DNA of 58,196 nucleotides, counting the filler, from Sphacelaria rigidula (Eukaryota), in assembly GCA_964200075.2 (NCBI GenBank). It is 9 parts of 9 records of this genome, joined end to end, with 100 filler letters (N's around TTAATTAATTAA, not from the genome) between each part and the next. Parts side by side here need not be neighbours in the genome. Positions count along the whole stretch, not along the records: positions 1 to 6,378 come from CAXNAA020020442.1; positions 6,479 to 12,856 come from CAXNAA020020443.1; 7 more parts are not named here. One strand, written 5' to 3'. Position 1 is the stretch's first letter, and the number at the start of each line of letters is the position of its first letter. The notes under the pieces were generated by a model. That model made no database searches and had not been told where the DNA came from. It saw only the letters and a program-made list of their open reading frames with translations. Below are positions 1 through 9,999 of this stretch, piece by piece. The position numbers and the translations under genes were made by a program.

Positions 1-681
1 CCGGAGGGGGGGCCGGCCCCAGCGGGGCGGGGGGGGGGGCCGCGGGGGTCCGGCGGGAGCGGGGGAGGGGGGGGCGGGGGGGGGGGAAGAGGGGCAATGA
101 GGCGGAAGTTTTTTCTGTGCAGTCGAGGAGAAGGAAGTGTGGGTACAAGAGATTCGGCTCTTAGTATTCGCGGAAAATGAACCATGCGCTGCAGGAACTG
201 CTGCTGCTGCCTCTTTGAGTCTGTGGTGTTTCTTGTCCAAAGTTACTCAGCGAAATTTCGTCGTTGTCGCACTTGCGGATTGCGGAACGTGCGCGGCGAG
301 CAGGCGAAACATTTGACTGTATTCATCTGCGGATTTTGTTTTATGGTTGTTGGGTGAATTCAGGATACTTTGTCGCTCGCCGCCCCGAGGTATTTCGAGT
401 TTTACGTACAGCTGCAGGATAAAGTCAGACAATATCAGGCATGTCTGCTATGTCTCCAGTCGTCATCGGCTACTTTGCTCTCTCGGCCGATTAGATCACC
501 GTGTTTGGGATAGTAAATATAGCTACGGAACTGTTCCTGAGAATATCCCAAAAGTGCTCAGGTATGACCTGAACGTGACCACTCACCATGTTGATAACTG
601 TGATGATAATGATGATGACAGGAGCAACAACAACAACAATCAAATAACCATATAATCAAATATAATGCTTTCTGAACACAG

Positions 682-899
682 GTTTGCACCTCCCGCTTCT
701 GGTTCAACTACCGACACGTGGCCAACACCCTGTCAGTGTACCACACCATAAGGCGATTGGGCATACCGGACTCTAATATCGTGCTCATGCTAGCGGATGA
801 CATGCCGTGTAACGCTCGAAACCCATTTCCCGGAGGCGTGTACAACAGCAAGGACCACCAGCTGAATCTCTACGAGGGAGACGTGGAAGTCGACTACAG
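682..899 (+). CDS. PIGK: GPI-anchor transamidase catalytic subunit (GPI8/PIG-K, peptidase C13), internal exon
   Basis: The exon has a CAG acceptor at 679-681 and a GT donor at 900-901. It translates [73 protein letters not shown], the highly conserved GPI8/PIG-K N-terminal block. No other GPI8 exons are visible in this contig. Confidence 0.95.
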
Positions 900-1170
900 G
901 TGTGCCATCCAGGTTGATCGATTGATAGAATGATCGTTTGTCGTACTTTACCTGTTCCCCCAGGTAGTCATGATCCAGCCGCGGTCATTATCCAGATGGT
1001 ACACGTACCCGAGATAAAATAGAACAGAAACACTGGCTGAAAAAAATGGAGAAGATCAGAATGGTGGAACAGACACGGAGTAGACTAGGGAAAACGGACA
1101 AGAAACAAGAACAAATAGGACGGCTGGCCTCGGTAACAGGGCTCCAGGTGTGGTCTTGCGCAATAGCACA

Positions 1171-1174
<4 letters not shown>

Positions 1175-1207
<33 letters not shown>
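1175..1207. repeat. (TG)n microsatellite
   Basis: Uninterrupted TG dinucleotide run. Confidence 0.95.
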
Positions 1208-1209
<2 letters not shown>

Positions 1210-1537
1210 AGGCCAATTAACGTCGTATTCATTTGTCCAACGGAAGATTGGATATCGTGCCGTACTCTCTCCTTTTTTAATTTTTCAGTAGAACCACCCT
1301 AAGAGCAGACCAGAAATCTGATTTCGACGTCTGCTAAAAACAGTACGGAAGAGAGGTAGTCGATGCGTGTAGAATCGTGTCCAAGCAGCAACGGCCACAG
1401 TAGCCCAGCCCCGCCTCTTTACGGCGGAGACGCAAGAGGGGGTTCGAGAGAAAGACAGTTGCCACACGATTTCTTTGGTCTTTTTGTTTTCATGCTTTCA
1501 ACCCTCCCCCTCGCCCCCTCCCCTCCCTTCGGTGTCC

Positions 1538-1611
1538 GTGCTCCGTCTCGAAAGGGATGCGTGGTCAATGGTCAAATGACTAAGGCAAGCAACAAATGAG
1601 TTCGCCCCCCC
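1538..1611 (-). repeat. Dispersed G-run-terminated repeat fragment (MITE-like family A variant)
   Basis: Near-exact reverse complement of about 58123-58196. Further copies lie at about 33275-33345 and 25913-25942. Confidence 0.8.
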
Positions 1612-1837
1612 AAAAAACCCAGCCCAAAATGTATTAAAAAAAAGGGCCATACAGCGCCTGATGTTTGGGTTTAGGCTGCATGAAGCGCCTCATATTGGCA
1701 ACATTGGCGAGAACGAGCCCAAGCGTGGGAATTCCCAGCACCTCGTTGTGCTCGGCTTTTCCCATTTCGATTTATGTGAAGATTTTGCCTCCTAAAACCA
1801 TGCACTTTTGGGGGGGAGGCTATCGTAGAAGGTGTCA
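1603..1837 (+). mobile_element. MITE-like family B copy
   Basis: Shares GGCCATACAGCGCC...GCATGAAGC.CCTCATATTGGC.ACATTGGC.AGAA...CCCAAGCGTGGGAATTCC and the right end GGGG.GCTATCGTAGAA.GTGTC with 29218-29423. There is an inverted copy at about 6085-6330 and a partial copy at about 15650-15790. Confidence 0.75.
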
Positions 1838-2098
1838 TTCGCCCTTCCTTACCGTCTCTCTCTCGATCTCTTTGGAGAGCATCTCCAGCTTGTTCGTTTT
1901 TGGTATTGTGGCGGGATGTAGTCGAGGTGCTGGGACATCCCAATCCTAGTACTTGTTGTTGGGGGGCGTGGAGTACTCGTGAACATGCCGTAGTCATCTG
2001 ACCATTGACCTCGGAGGTGGGGGGGCGGGGGGAATAGCACCTACACTTGACAACACCAGAGATGAACCCCTAAATTCCTGTTCCACGCCATTGTGCAG

Positions 2099-3549
2099 AT
2101 CCGAAGCGTGAACAAGTCCATCAAGTACGTGGAGCTTCTTGCACGCACGGCGGTCGGCCAAGATCGACAACGCCTACAAGACCAGCTCGTATCCCTCCAT
2201 TACAAAAAACAGCTTATATGCCAAGCGGCCACGACGGGCGCCTCGGCCAAAGTACGCAAATCCATTCTTCAAATGAGACCTGAAGAGCTCGACGCCGATA
2301 CCCTCCTCCGCACGGGGGTGCCAGGAGGCGGAATGGGGTCGCCGAGCGTACCTCGTTCCGGAAATTCGAATGTCGAAGGAAGTGGCGGCGGCGGTGGAGC
2401 GGCGGCTACTTCTCCAGGGCGTCAAGCGGCCGGTGGCGGCGAACGCGGTACCACGGACGACGAGCGAGCTGCTGCAATTCAATTAGCGACTGCTCAGGCA
2501 GCGGCCGCCCAACAGGCGATGCAAAACGCGCAGCACCAAGCGGCGACAGCGGTCGTGCAGCAAGCGTCGCCGGTAGGCGGCGCCGTGGGTCAGCAGAGGG
2601 GGGATTTGCACTCGCCGGCGTCTGCTCATGCTGCGGCGACACAGGCTGCTGCAGCGGCGGCAGCCGCCGCTGCCGCCGCAGCTGCGTCGCAGGGGGGTGC
2701 GTACGGCATGCCGCCGCAAATGCAGATGGCGGGGATGGCAATGGGGTACAGTCCGTACGTACACATGGCAGCGGCGGCGCAAGCGCAACAGCACGCTATG
2801 GCGCATCAGCAGCAGGGTGAAGGGACCAGCTCGGGCGGAGGCGGCGGCAGCAGCAGCAACGGGGGCGGCGGCGGCGGCAGCGGCGTGGATGGGGGTGGGA
2901 CTGCACAATCAAGTGGCGGCGGCGTCCCGATGCATGCGTATGGTCACCTCGGAATGTACGCGGGATATCCGGGGATGATGGGGTTATCGTACCCGTTTCA
3001 AACGCATGGGTACCCGGGGATGCCGGGATACGGGGTTCCTGGCATGGGGGCATACCCCAGCCTTGGGGGCGGCGCCGGCGCCGGCGCCGGTGGGGAACAC
3101 ATGGCGATGGGGATGAGCGGCATGGCGGCGATGCAGCTAGCCGCGCAGACGATGCAGCAGCATCATCACCACCATCACCTCAGCGCTCACGAGCAACACG
3201 AAGCGGCATATCAAGAACACCATCAGCGACAACATGACGCGGTGTTGCAGGCGCAGATGGCGGCCGCGGCCGCGGCGGCGGCGGAGGCCGCGGGGGCGCC
3301 CACCGCTCCAATAAATTCTAGTACATCGCCGCCGCCCGGGATGGAACATCAAAATGTCGAGCACCATGCTGCTGCGATGAACATGAACGTGAACGGCAAT
3401 ATCGAGGGGGGACGTGGCGTCCAAAATGGGGGCGAGGTCACGGCAGCACCTGGGGGGGGCGCCGAGCAAACCGCTGCGTCTGGTGGGAGGAAGGGAAACG
3501 GCGGTCAGACGGATCCGCCAGGGGCTGCTGCTGAGGAGCAGCAGCGGCA

Positions 3550-3645
<96 letters not shown>

Positions 3646-3670
3646 GGAGCAGCAACAACAGGAACAGCAG

Positions 3671-3729
<59 letters not shown>

Positions 3730-3730
3730 T

Positions 3731-3761
<31 letters not shown>

Positions 3762-3793
3762 CGCAGCAGGCAGGGGAGAAACCACCGGCGTGA
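2099..3793 (+). CDS. Long terminal exon of a low-complexity Q/A/G/H-rich protein, probably an RWP-RK (NIN-like) transcription factor
   Basis: TGCAG acceptor ends at 2098, and the frame is open to TGA at 3791-3793. It starts IRSVNKSIKYVELL, which resembles the helix directly after RWPxR[KQ] in RWP-RK domains. It then has poly-Ala, poly-Gly, poly-His and poly-Gln tracts typical of transcription factors. The RWP-RK assignment is an inference because the motif exon is absent. Confidence 0.75.
3539..3769 (+). repeat. CAG/CAA coding trinucleotide repeat (polyQ, roughly 70 Gln)
   Basis: In-frame (CAG)n interrupted by CAA codons within the 2099-3793 exon. Confidence 0.95.
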
Positions 3794-4249
3794 AGAGCTG
3801 TGCGGTCTTTTCTTGTGTCCTGTTCTGCGGGCGTTACAAACGAACATCGGTTGACTCTTGTGGAATAGCTGGGTTTTTTTCCTCTCTCGGGTGTATGCGT
3901 GTGTTGAGGGGTTTCTCAGCTTCAGCCGGAACCAAAGGTGGGGGTGATGAGCATCAAGACGGAATTTCCGCGCTTGTGCCATGTACAATGATGTTTATTT
4001 AAAGCTGAGGATGCGGGGTCTGCAAGGGGTTGGGTGCGGACCTACTACATGCAGGCACTTGGGATGCAGACACTTTAGTCCGTGGAACGTGTGTCTGGTT
4101 GGTTGCTTCCTTTGGTTGCTTGCCCTCGGTGAAGTATGATGCTGACCGCATTCTAGATTTCGCGAAGCTGTAGATGATGTTCAGGCGTTGAGTTGTGATG
4201 TATAGATACCGTAGCTGACAGACAGGAGGGCAAAGTGACACGCTGTTTT

Positions 4250-4322
4250 CTGATTGGCGGAACCCGAAAAAATTGGAATGCCTGATTGGCGGATATTACT
4301 TGGTCGACGGCTGACGTCAGCC
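4250..4322. promoter_or_regulatory. Candidate promoter module: repeated inverted CCAAT boxes plus a CRE-type palindrome
   Basis: CTGATTGGCGGA is repeated at 4250 and 4282 (32-bp spacing), with another ATTGG at 4272. The perfect palindrome GGCTGACGTCAGCC lies at 4309-4322. Confidence 0.35.
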
Positions 4323-6084
4323 ATGTCTCTTCGGAAAAATGCGCGCCGCTTTGCTCCTTATGGCGGGTTTGGTGTTGATACCGGCTTTCGAGCCGTTTGA
4401 ATAATGTAGCTGTTCTTGTGGGATGGTATCTTCCGTTTATAGGAAATAAGTTTCTGCGAAGCTAAGTCCCTGCAAGAGTAGGCGTGCCTTTTTTCTCTCT
4501 TTCGTTTCTCTTTTTTTTTCTTCCTCCTACATGGGCGTCAACGATTCTTGAGGTCATCAATGGATCAGAACCCACGGCGACTGCGTAACATTGATAGGAT
4601 TTGAGTATCTAAATGCGTTGATTGTTTCAGGAATATATGTTGTAGATATAATATATGTTCATGTATCAGCAATGCGGTACCTTGTTCTTCGGAGGGAAGG
4701 GGAAGCGACGTAAGGTTCATTTTTTGTAGTGCTCTGACAGGTCGGACCCAGCAAAGGGGGGCCGCTTTTGTGCTGTTTGTACGCTGTGCACAGTCTCAGG
4801 GTGCGATTTTTGACTTCTCAAGGGCTGTATACAGGAAAAGGGTTTGTGTACGTAGAGGCAGCAGAGTACACGTCTCCAGGCCGATCACGAGAGTATTGGT
4901 TGGAGTGCTCTACAAATTCAAGTTTGTCAAAGGAAATTCGCCGGCCGGGGATATGCCTAAACACACCCACCCACAGCACACACACTGCATTAAGACGCAT
5001 ACCCCATCCCTCAGATACAGTCAAGATGATCCCGCGCTTCCCGTCAATGTGGACGTGGCTGCGATGTGTGCATGGGTGGAGGGCGCTCCACTACTACTGC
5101 TGCTATGCGGGACCCGCTCGCTCGCTTGTGCGGTGTGTGGTGTACCGTAATTGCTTGCGTCACAAAGCACTCGTGGGCTTTTTCCCCCCTATCGGAATCT
5201 GTAGTGGCGCTTGTTTTGTTGGGGGATGCTGCCGCACGTCGTCTAGGACGCTTAGGGATGACCGAACGCTCTCTTCGCTTGCATAGGCTGACGTGTATAG
5301 AGTTAGAGGTAGATGTGTTGAGCCCGCTCATCCATACTTGGAGTCTTATTACTTTTTGTGTTCTTTGTTCATGATGTGGGTACAGTACAGGATTCTTTAT
5401 GATATCGTTGAACGTTTTTCGAATGTTGGCGTGCTGCGGCTTCCTGCGTGGGTGCATGTGCGGGCGTTTGTGAATGGCACGCCGCGCGTTGCGTATGTAT
5501 CATGTATGAAATTATGATTTTGAAAAATTCAGCCATCGATGATGGATAAAGTTGACGGTTGGTTACGCGAACCGTGTTCGAAACACTTTTTCCTCCGTCA
5601 CTTTTGTGGTACAGGCGACGAAGAGAAATGGGTTTCGCTTGTCTTGTTTACAAAAAACACTTGCCATTCATCTTGTATCCGTCTTCTCATCAATTACTGC
5701 GGTATCGCTTTTGTTGATGTTTCCAAGATGATCATCCTGGTTCTAATCATACGAAGTAAATCATGACGAGAGCATTGTTTTGCGAAGATCGGATGGCGCA
5801 AAAACGGCGAAGAAACAATAGAAAGCCAGGCTAACCTGGAAAACTAAAAAAACGAACGATACAATGCTTTTTCTTTGTCCTCAGCAATGAGTGCCTAGTC
5901 AACAAAACGCCTCCTACTTTGCAAGCGAGGGAGGACAGTCCCTCTGCTTTCATCGGCATCAGGTTTCATTCGAAAATAGTAATGAATCTAAGTGTTATCG
6001 AAGACACGCCTTTACGGTCGTTCCAAGTGAGAAATATGGTTGGGGGGAGGGGGGTGGGCGTGGGGGGTTGCAGGGAAGGATTGA

Positions 6085-6330
6085 TGCCGCGATACCCCCC
6101 CCCGCCGAGAAGTGGTTGGTTTGAGGAGGCAAAATCTACATTTGAATCAAATCAATGATGAAAGCCGAGCACACCGAGCAGTTGGGAACTCCCATGCACG
6201 CTAGGGATCGTTTTCACCAATGCCGCTCACATGGGGCGCTTCACGCAGCCTAAAAACAGCTATCATGCGCTGGTTGGCCATTTTCTTGCGTGAAATTTTT
6301 GGGGATGTTTGAAGGGAGGGGCGGGCGAGG
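6085..6330 (-). mobile_element. MITE-like family B copy (inverted)
   Basis: Reverse-complement similarity to 1603-1837 (GAGGCAAAATCT..., AAAGCCGAGCACA.CGAG...GGGAA.TCCCA). Confidence 0.7.
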
Positions 6331-6378
6331 GGAGGGGTGTACTCATGATCATGCATGCCATAGTCATCATCAGACCAT

Positions 6379-6478
6379 NNNNNNNNNNNNNNNNNNNNNN
6401 NNNNNNNNNNNNNNNNNNNNNNTTAATTAATTAANNNNNNNNNNNNNNNNNNNNNNNNNNNNNNNNNNNNNNNNNNNN
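6379..6478. other. Artificial contig spacer (N44-TTAATTAATTAA-N44)
   Basis: Identical 100-bp spacers occur at 6379, 12857, 19335, 25813, 32291, 38768, 45245 and 51721. The 12-mer places stop codons in all six frames. Confidence 0.98.
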
Positions 6479-6668
6479 CGACCTCCCTAAAACTATTTCG
6501 GAGGATTTCTAGCCTTCCGTTCCCCCAAACGGTATCTGCGAAAGCACAATTTTTGGGCCAAAAAACATCACTTTTCCACCTCAAAATCGAGGCAAAAGAG
6601 TGCTTTCGCACATACCCTTTGGGGGAACGGAAGACTAGGAACCCCCCGAGATAGTTTTTGGGAGGTCG
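6479..6668. mobile_element. Small foldback/MITE (imperfect 190-bp palindrome)
   Basis: CGACCTCCC.AAAACTAT.TCGG...CTTCCGTTCCCCCAAA.GGTAT.TGCGAAAGCAC pairs with GTGCTTTCGCA.ATACC.TTTGGGGGAACGGAAG...CCGA.ATAGTTTT.GGGAGGTCG. Confidence 0.8.
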
Positions 6669-8774
6669 GGAAGGATGAGGCCGTCCGTATAAAAGTACTT
6701 TCTCATGAACTTAGATCAAGGAAAGCACGGCTTTTGAGTTGAACCTCATTTTGTTTTTCAACCTCATCCTCGAAAATCCACAGTTTGCTGGTGGCTTGGG
6801 CCCCCGATCACGCTGCCGACAGCCGTTGCTGGAGGGGGTAAGCAGGAGTGGCAACCTCTGACACTTATTGCCGGGTGCGAGAATTGAAAGAGTGTGCTGG
6901 GCAGGGGATTTCCTGGGTTCGGGTAATCGAAAAATCGTACTCTTAAGTATCCAAAAACTTGGGCAGAGTATTGACATCATCGTACTCTTTTTTTTTTCTT
7001 CATTTTTTCTGTTCCTTCGTTTTCTTGAACGCGTGTTTCAGTTTCGCTTTTTGTGGGTACGTCTGTCTATCATGCGACCACGGCTGGACCCATGGGTAGT
7101 CAGTGAAAGTGCGACAATCAATCGAATAAAAAAAAGTCAACAACCACCAGATATTGGTGTAGAGTACTTACTGCCTGCGACCGTACTTAACTCCTCTCGA
7201 TATGTGCGTAGAGTTTGGAGACCGGACCATAGCTACACAGATTTCGGGAGAGTCATACCCTGGTCTGTACCCTACCCGGGTCTGTACCCTACCCGGGTCT
7301 ATACCCTTGGAGTATTGTGGTTGTCGCGCGTACGGTCGGTTCATCTAACCGCCTGGCCGCTCGTTGGCGTGGGTAGATCAAACGGGGGGTCGTGTCCAGT
7401 AAGGATTGGGGCGTTACACGCGGGAATCTACAACGTTTGTTTGTCTTACTCTAAGAAGTCTAGATGATGAACGAGCTTACAGCTTTTTGAAGACACTCTC
7501 TGGGCGAAAATTAATAAGCTTCGACGCTGGAAGGATCCATGTCGCCGGCAAAACACAATACGCTCGTGTCTTCTTTGTCCGTCTCATTCCGGAAGTGTAG
7601 GGGGGGGTCTATCCCCGCGGCACGCTTTTCCTTTGAAGTAGCAGTAACAAAAAATCGATTGGTCGTTTTTGGTCGATAAGCGCTCGGTCCCTCCGCCTTC
7701 CGCTGATTAATGTGATTGGTTCAGCACCACTGGAAAATAAAAAGCAGACGATGTCAACACTACATTCATGCGTGAACAATAGGGTGTAAGCCATTAAGGC
7801 ATACCCAAAAAAAATGTCTGAAAACAAAAGAATGCCTGGAACTACTCTTTCTGAAACGGCGTGCGTGAAGTACTGTTCTTGTGCCCATCTATTTTCATCT
7901 GGGGCGTACAGACCCTTTCCGGCACTAAGAAATAATGCCATTAATCTGACACTCTCAGCTTCAAGGGAACTCAAGGGAACGGGGATAAACTATGTGTGGT
8001 TACTTCTGTAGACTACAACAGTCCAGCGTCTACCAAGTATTGAGATAAGCATATCGATAGACATACGCTTAAAAGTGCCTGAATGTACCTTAAACGTTCC
8101 CATCTGTTCAAGATATTTGCCTGAAAAACTGCCGGTGACGTCCCTGAAACCTGGTCAGCGCCCAGAGGCAGATCGTACAGTGTACTAATTTCGAGCAGTT
8201 TTGATCCAAAGGGTCAAACGCCTGAAAGCTGATTGGAGCCCAAAGAAAAAGCCTGTACAATTTCCGAGTATTTTTTCCAGGCAAATGCCTTGACGAGATA
8301 GACACGTGTAAGGCACATTCAGGAACTTCAGGCGCATGCTTTTCTACATGCCTACCTCGTGTTTTTTCGCCTGCGGCATGCCTATTTCCACGTTCTTCGA
8401 GAGCGAGGGCCCACCATGTCACCGTCACGGGTAGGGCCCAAAAGGCTCAACGTTTCCACGTGTTGTCTGATCCATGACAGTCCCGAGCTTTTTCCGAGAG
8501 TGGCTTCTAACAGGCGATCATCGAAATTGAGGATGAAGTTTTTCATTGAGGATGAGAACCCGGGTAATGAAAATCTTCGTATCCACACCAAATCTTCGAA
8601 ATGTGGTTCCATTCTTGCACCTACTAGTAGCTATCGACAAGTACGACACGCTACACATACGTTGGATTTCGATGACCGAAATGTTGGGGTCCCAGGTGAA
8701 GAAACAATTTAGGGAATTCAAGTGATGCGATCGGATCGCCGGAATTCCCCGAAATCGATTTTTCACCTGCACAC

Positions 8775-9086
8775 GCCGCCGCGCCCCGGTGGTGTAATGG
8801 TCCGACTGTCGCCATTAGGGTGCAGAGAACGGGGGTTCGATTCCCGACGCGTTGGGTTTTTTCTTCGTGATGTATGATTTTCACCGTGGAAAGCGTGAGA
8901 ACGTGAGTGAACAAAGTGGTCGACTGAGTTTGTTTGATGTGAGTTGACGCGGTGCGGGAGTGCTAACCCAGTCCGCGAGACCAAAATGAAAGGCACATAC
9001 CGGGGGAGAGATGGGTTGATCCCTCGAGGCCACAGACTCATCCCGAGGAAGGCGAGGGGTTCAAAGTGTGAGAAGATAAACAAAAA
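8775..9086 (+). mobile_element. tRNA-derived SINE, copy 1
   Basis: Contains Pol III box A (TGGTGTAATGG) and box B (GGTTCGATTCC). The body and tail (GATCCCT.GAGGCCAC.GACTC.TCCCGAGGAAGG.GAGGGGTTCAAAGTG, A-rich end) are shared with 9682-9999. Confidence 0.85.
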
Positions 9087-9417
9087 ACACGCGGCCATTC
9101 GGCTACCCCCCAAAATGCCTCCGGAGGGATGCGCGGCCCTCCAGAGGCAAAACAAGCCTCCGGAGGCCTTCAATCCCTCTAGAGGAAACCAAACACTACC
9201 GACCTGGAGGGCCGCGCACCCCTTCGGAGGAATTTGGGGGTATGCGCTGCCCTCCAGAGGCAAAACAAGCCTCCGGAGGCGTTTAATCCCTCTGGAGGTC
9301 ACCAAAGGATCTCCTCCGGAGGACCGCGCACCCCTCTAGAGGCATCTGATTCTTCTGAAAGCTCGAAAAGTTTACCCACCTGGAGGAATTTTGGGGGTAG
9401 CCAATTGGCCGCGTGTG
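9087..9417. mobile_element. MITE family C (TIR CACACGCGGCCA.T.GGCTAC)
   Basis: Terminal inverted repeats ACACGCGGCCATTCGGCTACCCCC / GGGGGTAGCCAATTGGCCGCGTGTG, with internal CCTCCGGAGG/CCTCCAGAGG motifs. Copies lie at 31790-32189 and 49360-49692. Confidence 0.88.
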
Positions 9418-9681
9418 TGGAACCCCAACATTTCGGGTATACCGAAATCCAAATTTGTATGGCGTGTAGTAGTTGTCAATAGCTGCCAGTAGGTGAAGGA
9501 ACGGAAGAATATTTTGAAGATTTGGTGGGGATACGCATAATATTTTCATTCTCCGGATTCTCATCCTCAGTGAAAGCTTCATCTCCTCAATTTCGATGAT
9601 CGGCTGTTTTGTTGTAGGTGTATCGTGCAGTAGTAGATGGACGTTGATTAGACTCGCGACCATCAGTAGGAAGAGATGGTA

Positions 9682-9999
9682 GCCGCTGCGACCCGGTGGT
9701 GTAATGGTCCGACTACCACCGTTAGGGTGGAGAGAACGAGGGTTCGATTCCCGATGCGTTGGGTTTCTCCTTCGTAATGTCTGATTTCCACCGTGGAAAG
9801 CGTGAGAACGTGAGTAAACAAAGTAGTCGACTGAATTTTTGTGACGTCAGTTGACGCGGTGCGGGAGTGCTGAAAGTCATGACCCAATCCGCGAGACCAA
9901 AATGTAAGGCGCGTACCGGGGGAGAGATGGGTTGATCCCTTGAGACCACGGACTCATCCCGAGGAAGGGGAGGGGTTCAAAGTGCGAGGGGGAAAAAAA
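9682..9999 (+). mobile_element. tRNA-derived SINE, copy 2
   Basis: Collinear with 8775-9086, including boxes A and B and the 3' tail. Confidence 0.85.

Larger units (their letters stand above)
8509..9608. mobile_element. Foldback DNA element with about 185-bp imperfect TIRs (AACAG... termini), carrying a nested SINE and MITE
   Basis: The left arm 8509-8692 (AACAGGCGATCATCGAAATTGAGGA...CCGAAATGTTGGGGT) pairs with the right arm 9418-9608 (ACCCCAACATTTCGG...TCCTCAATTTCGATGATCGGCTGTT). Related termini occur at 32225-32290 and 38872-38937. Confidence 0.85.

Noticed and set aside
1..95. Extremely G-rich start as a G-quadruplex element
   Set aside because: It lies at a contig end with poly-G typical of low-quality sequence or the G-run MITE termini, so it is unreliable.
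3137..3988. 283-aa poly-Leu ORF and poly-Ala/poly-Ser ORFs over the CAG tract
   Set aside because: These are shadow frames of the trinucleotide repeat in the real plus-strand exon.
6160..6260. 5S rRNA-like sequence (CACCGAGCAG...GGGAACTCCC)
   Set aside because: It lacks the conserved 5S internal control region and is the reverse complement of MITE family B.
6423..6434. Regularly spaced TTAATTAATTAA palindromes about every 6.48 kb
   Set aside because: These are artificial six-frame-stop linkers embedded in N runs, not biological periodicity.
6700..8500. Minus-strand ORFs as genes (similarly 10150-12660, 26160-27250, 53700-55990)
   Set aside because: They are protein-like in places but have no recognisable motif or consistent splice pattern. 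They are possibly old transposon relics and cannot be called without a search.
8781..8853. Functional tRNA genes at 8781 and 9688
   Set aside because: The acceptor and anticodon stems do not pair well, and both copies continue into a shared body and tail, so they are SINE heads.
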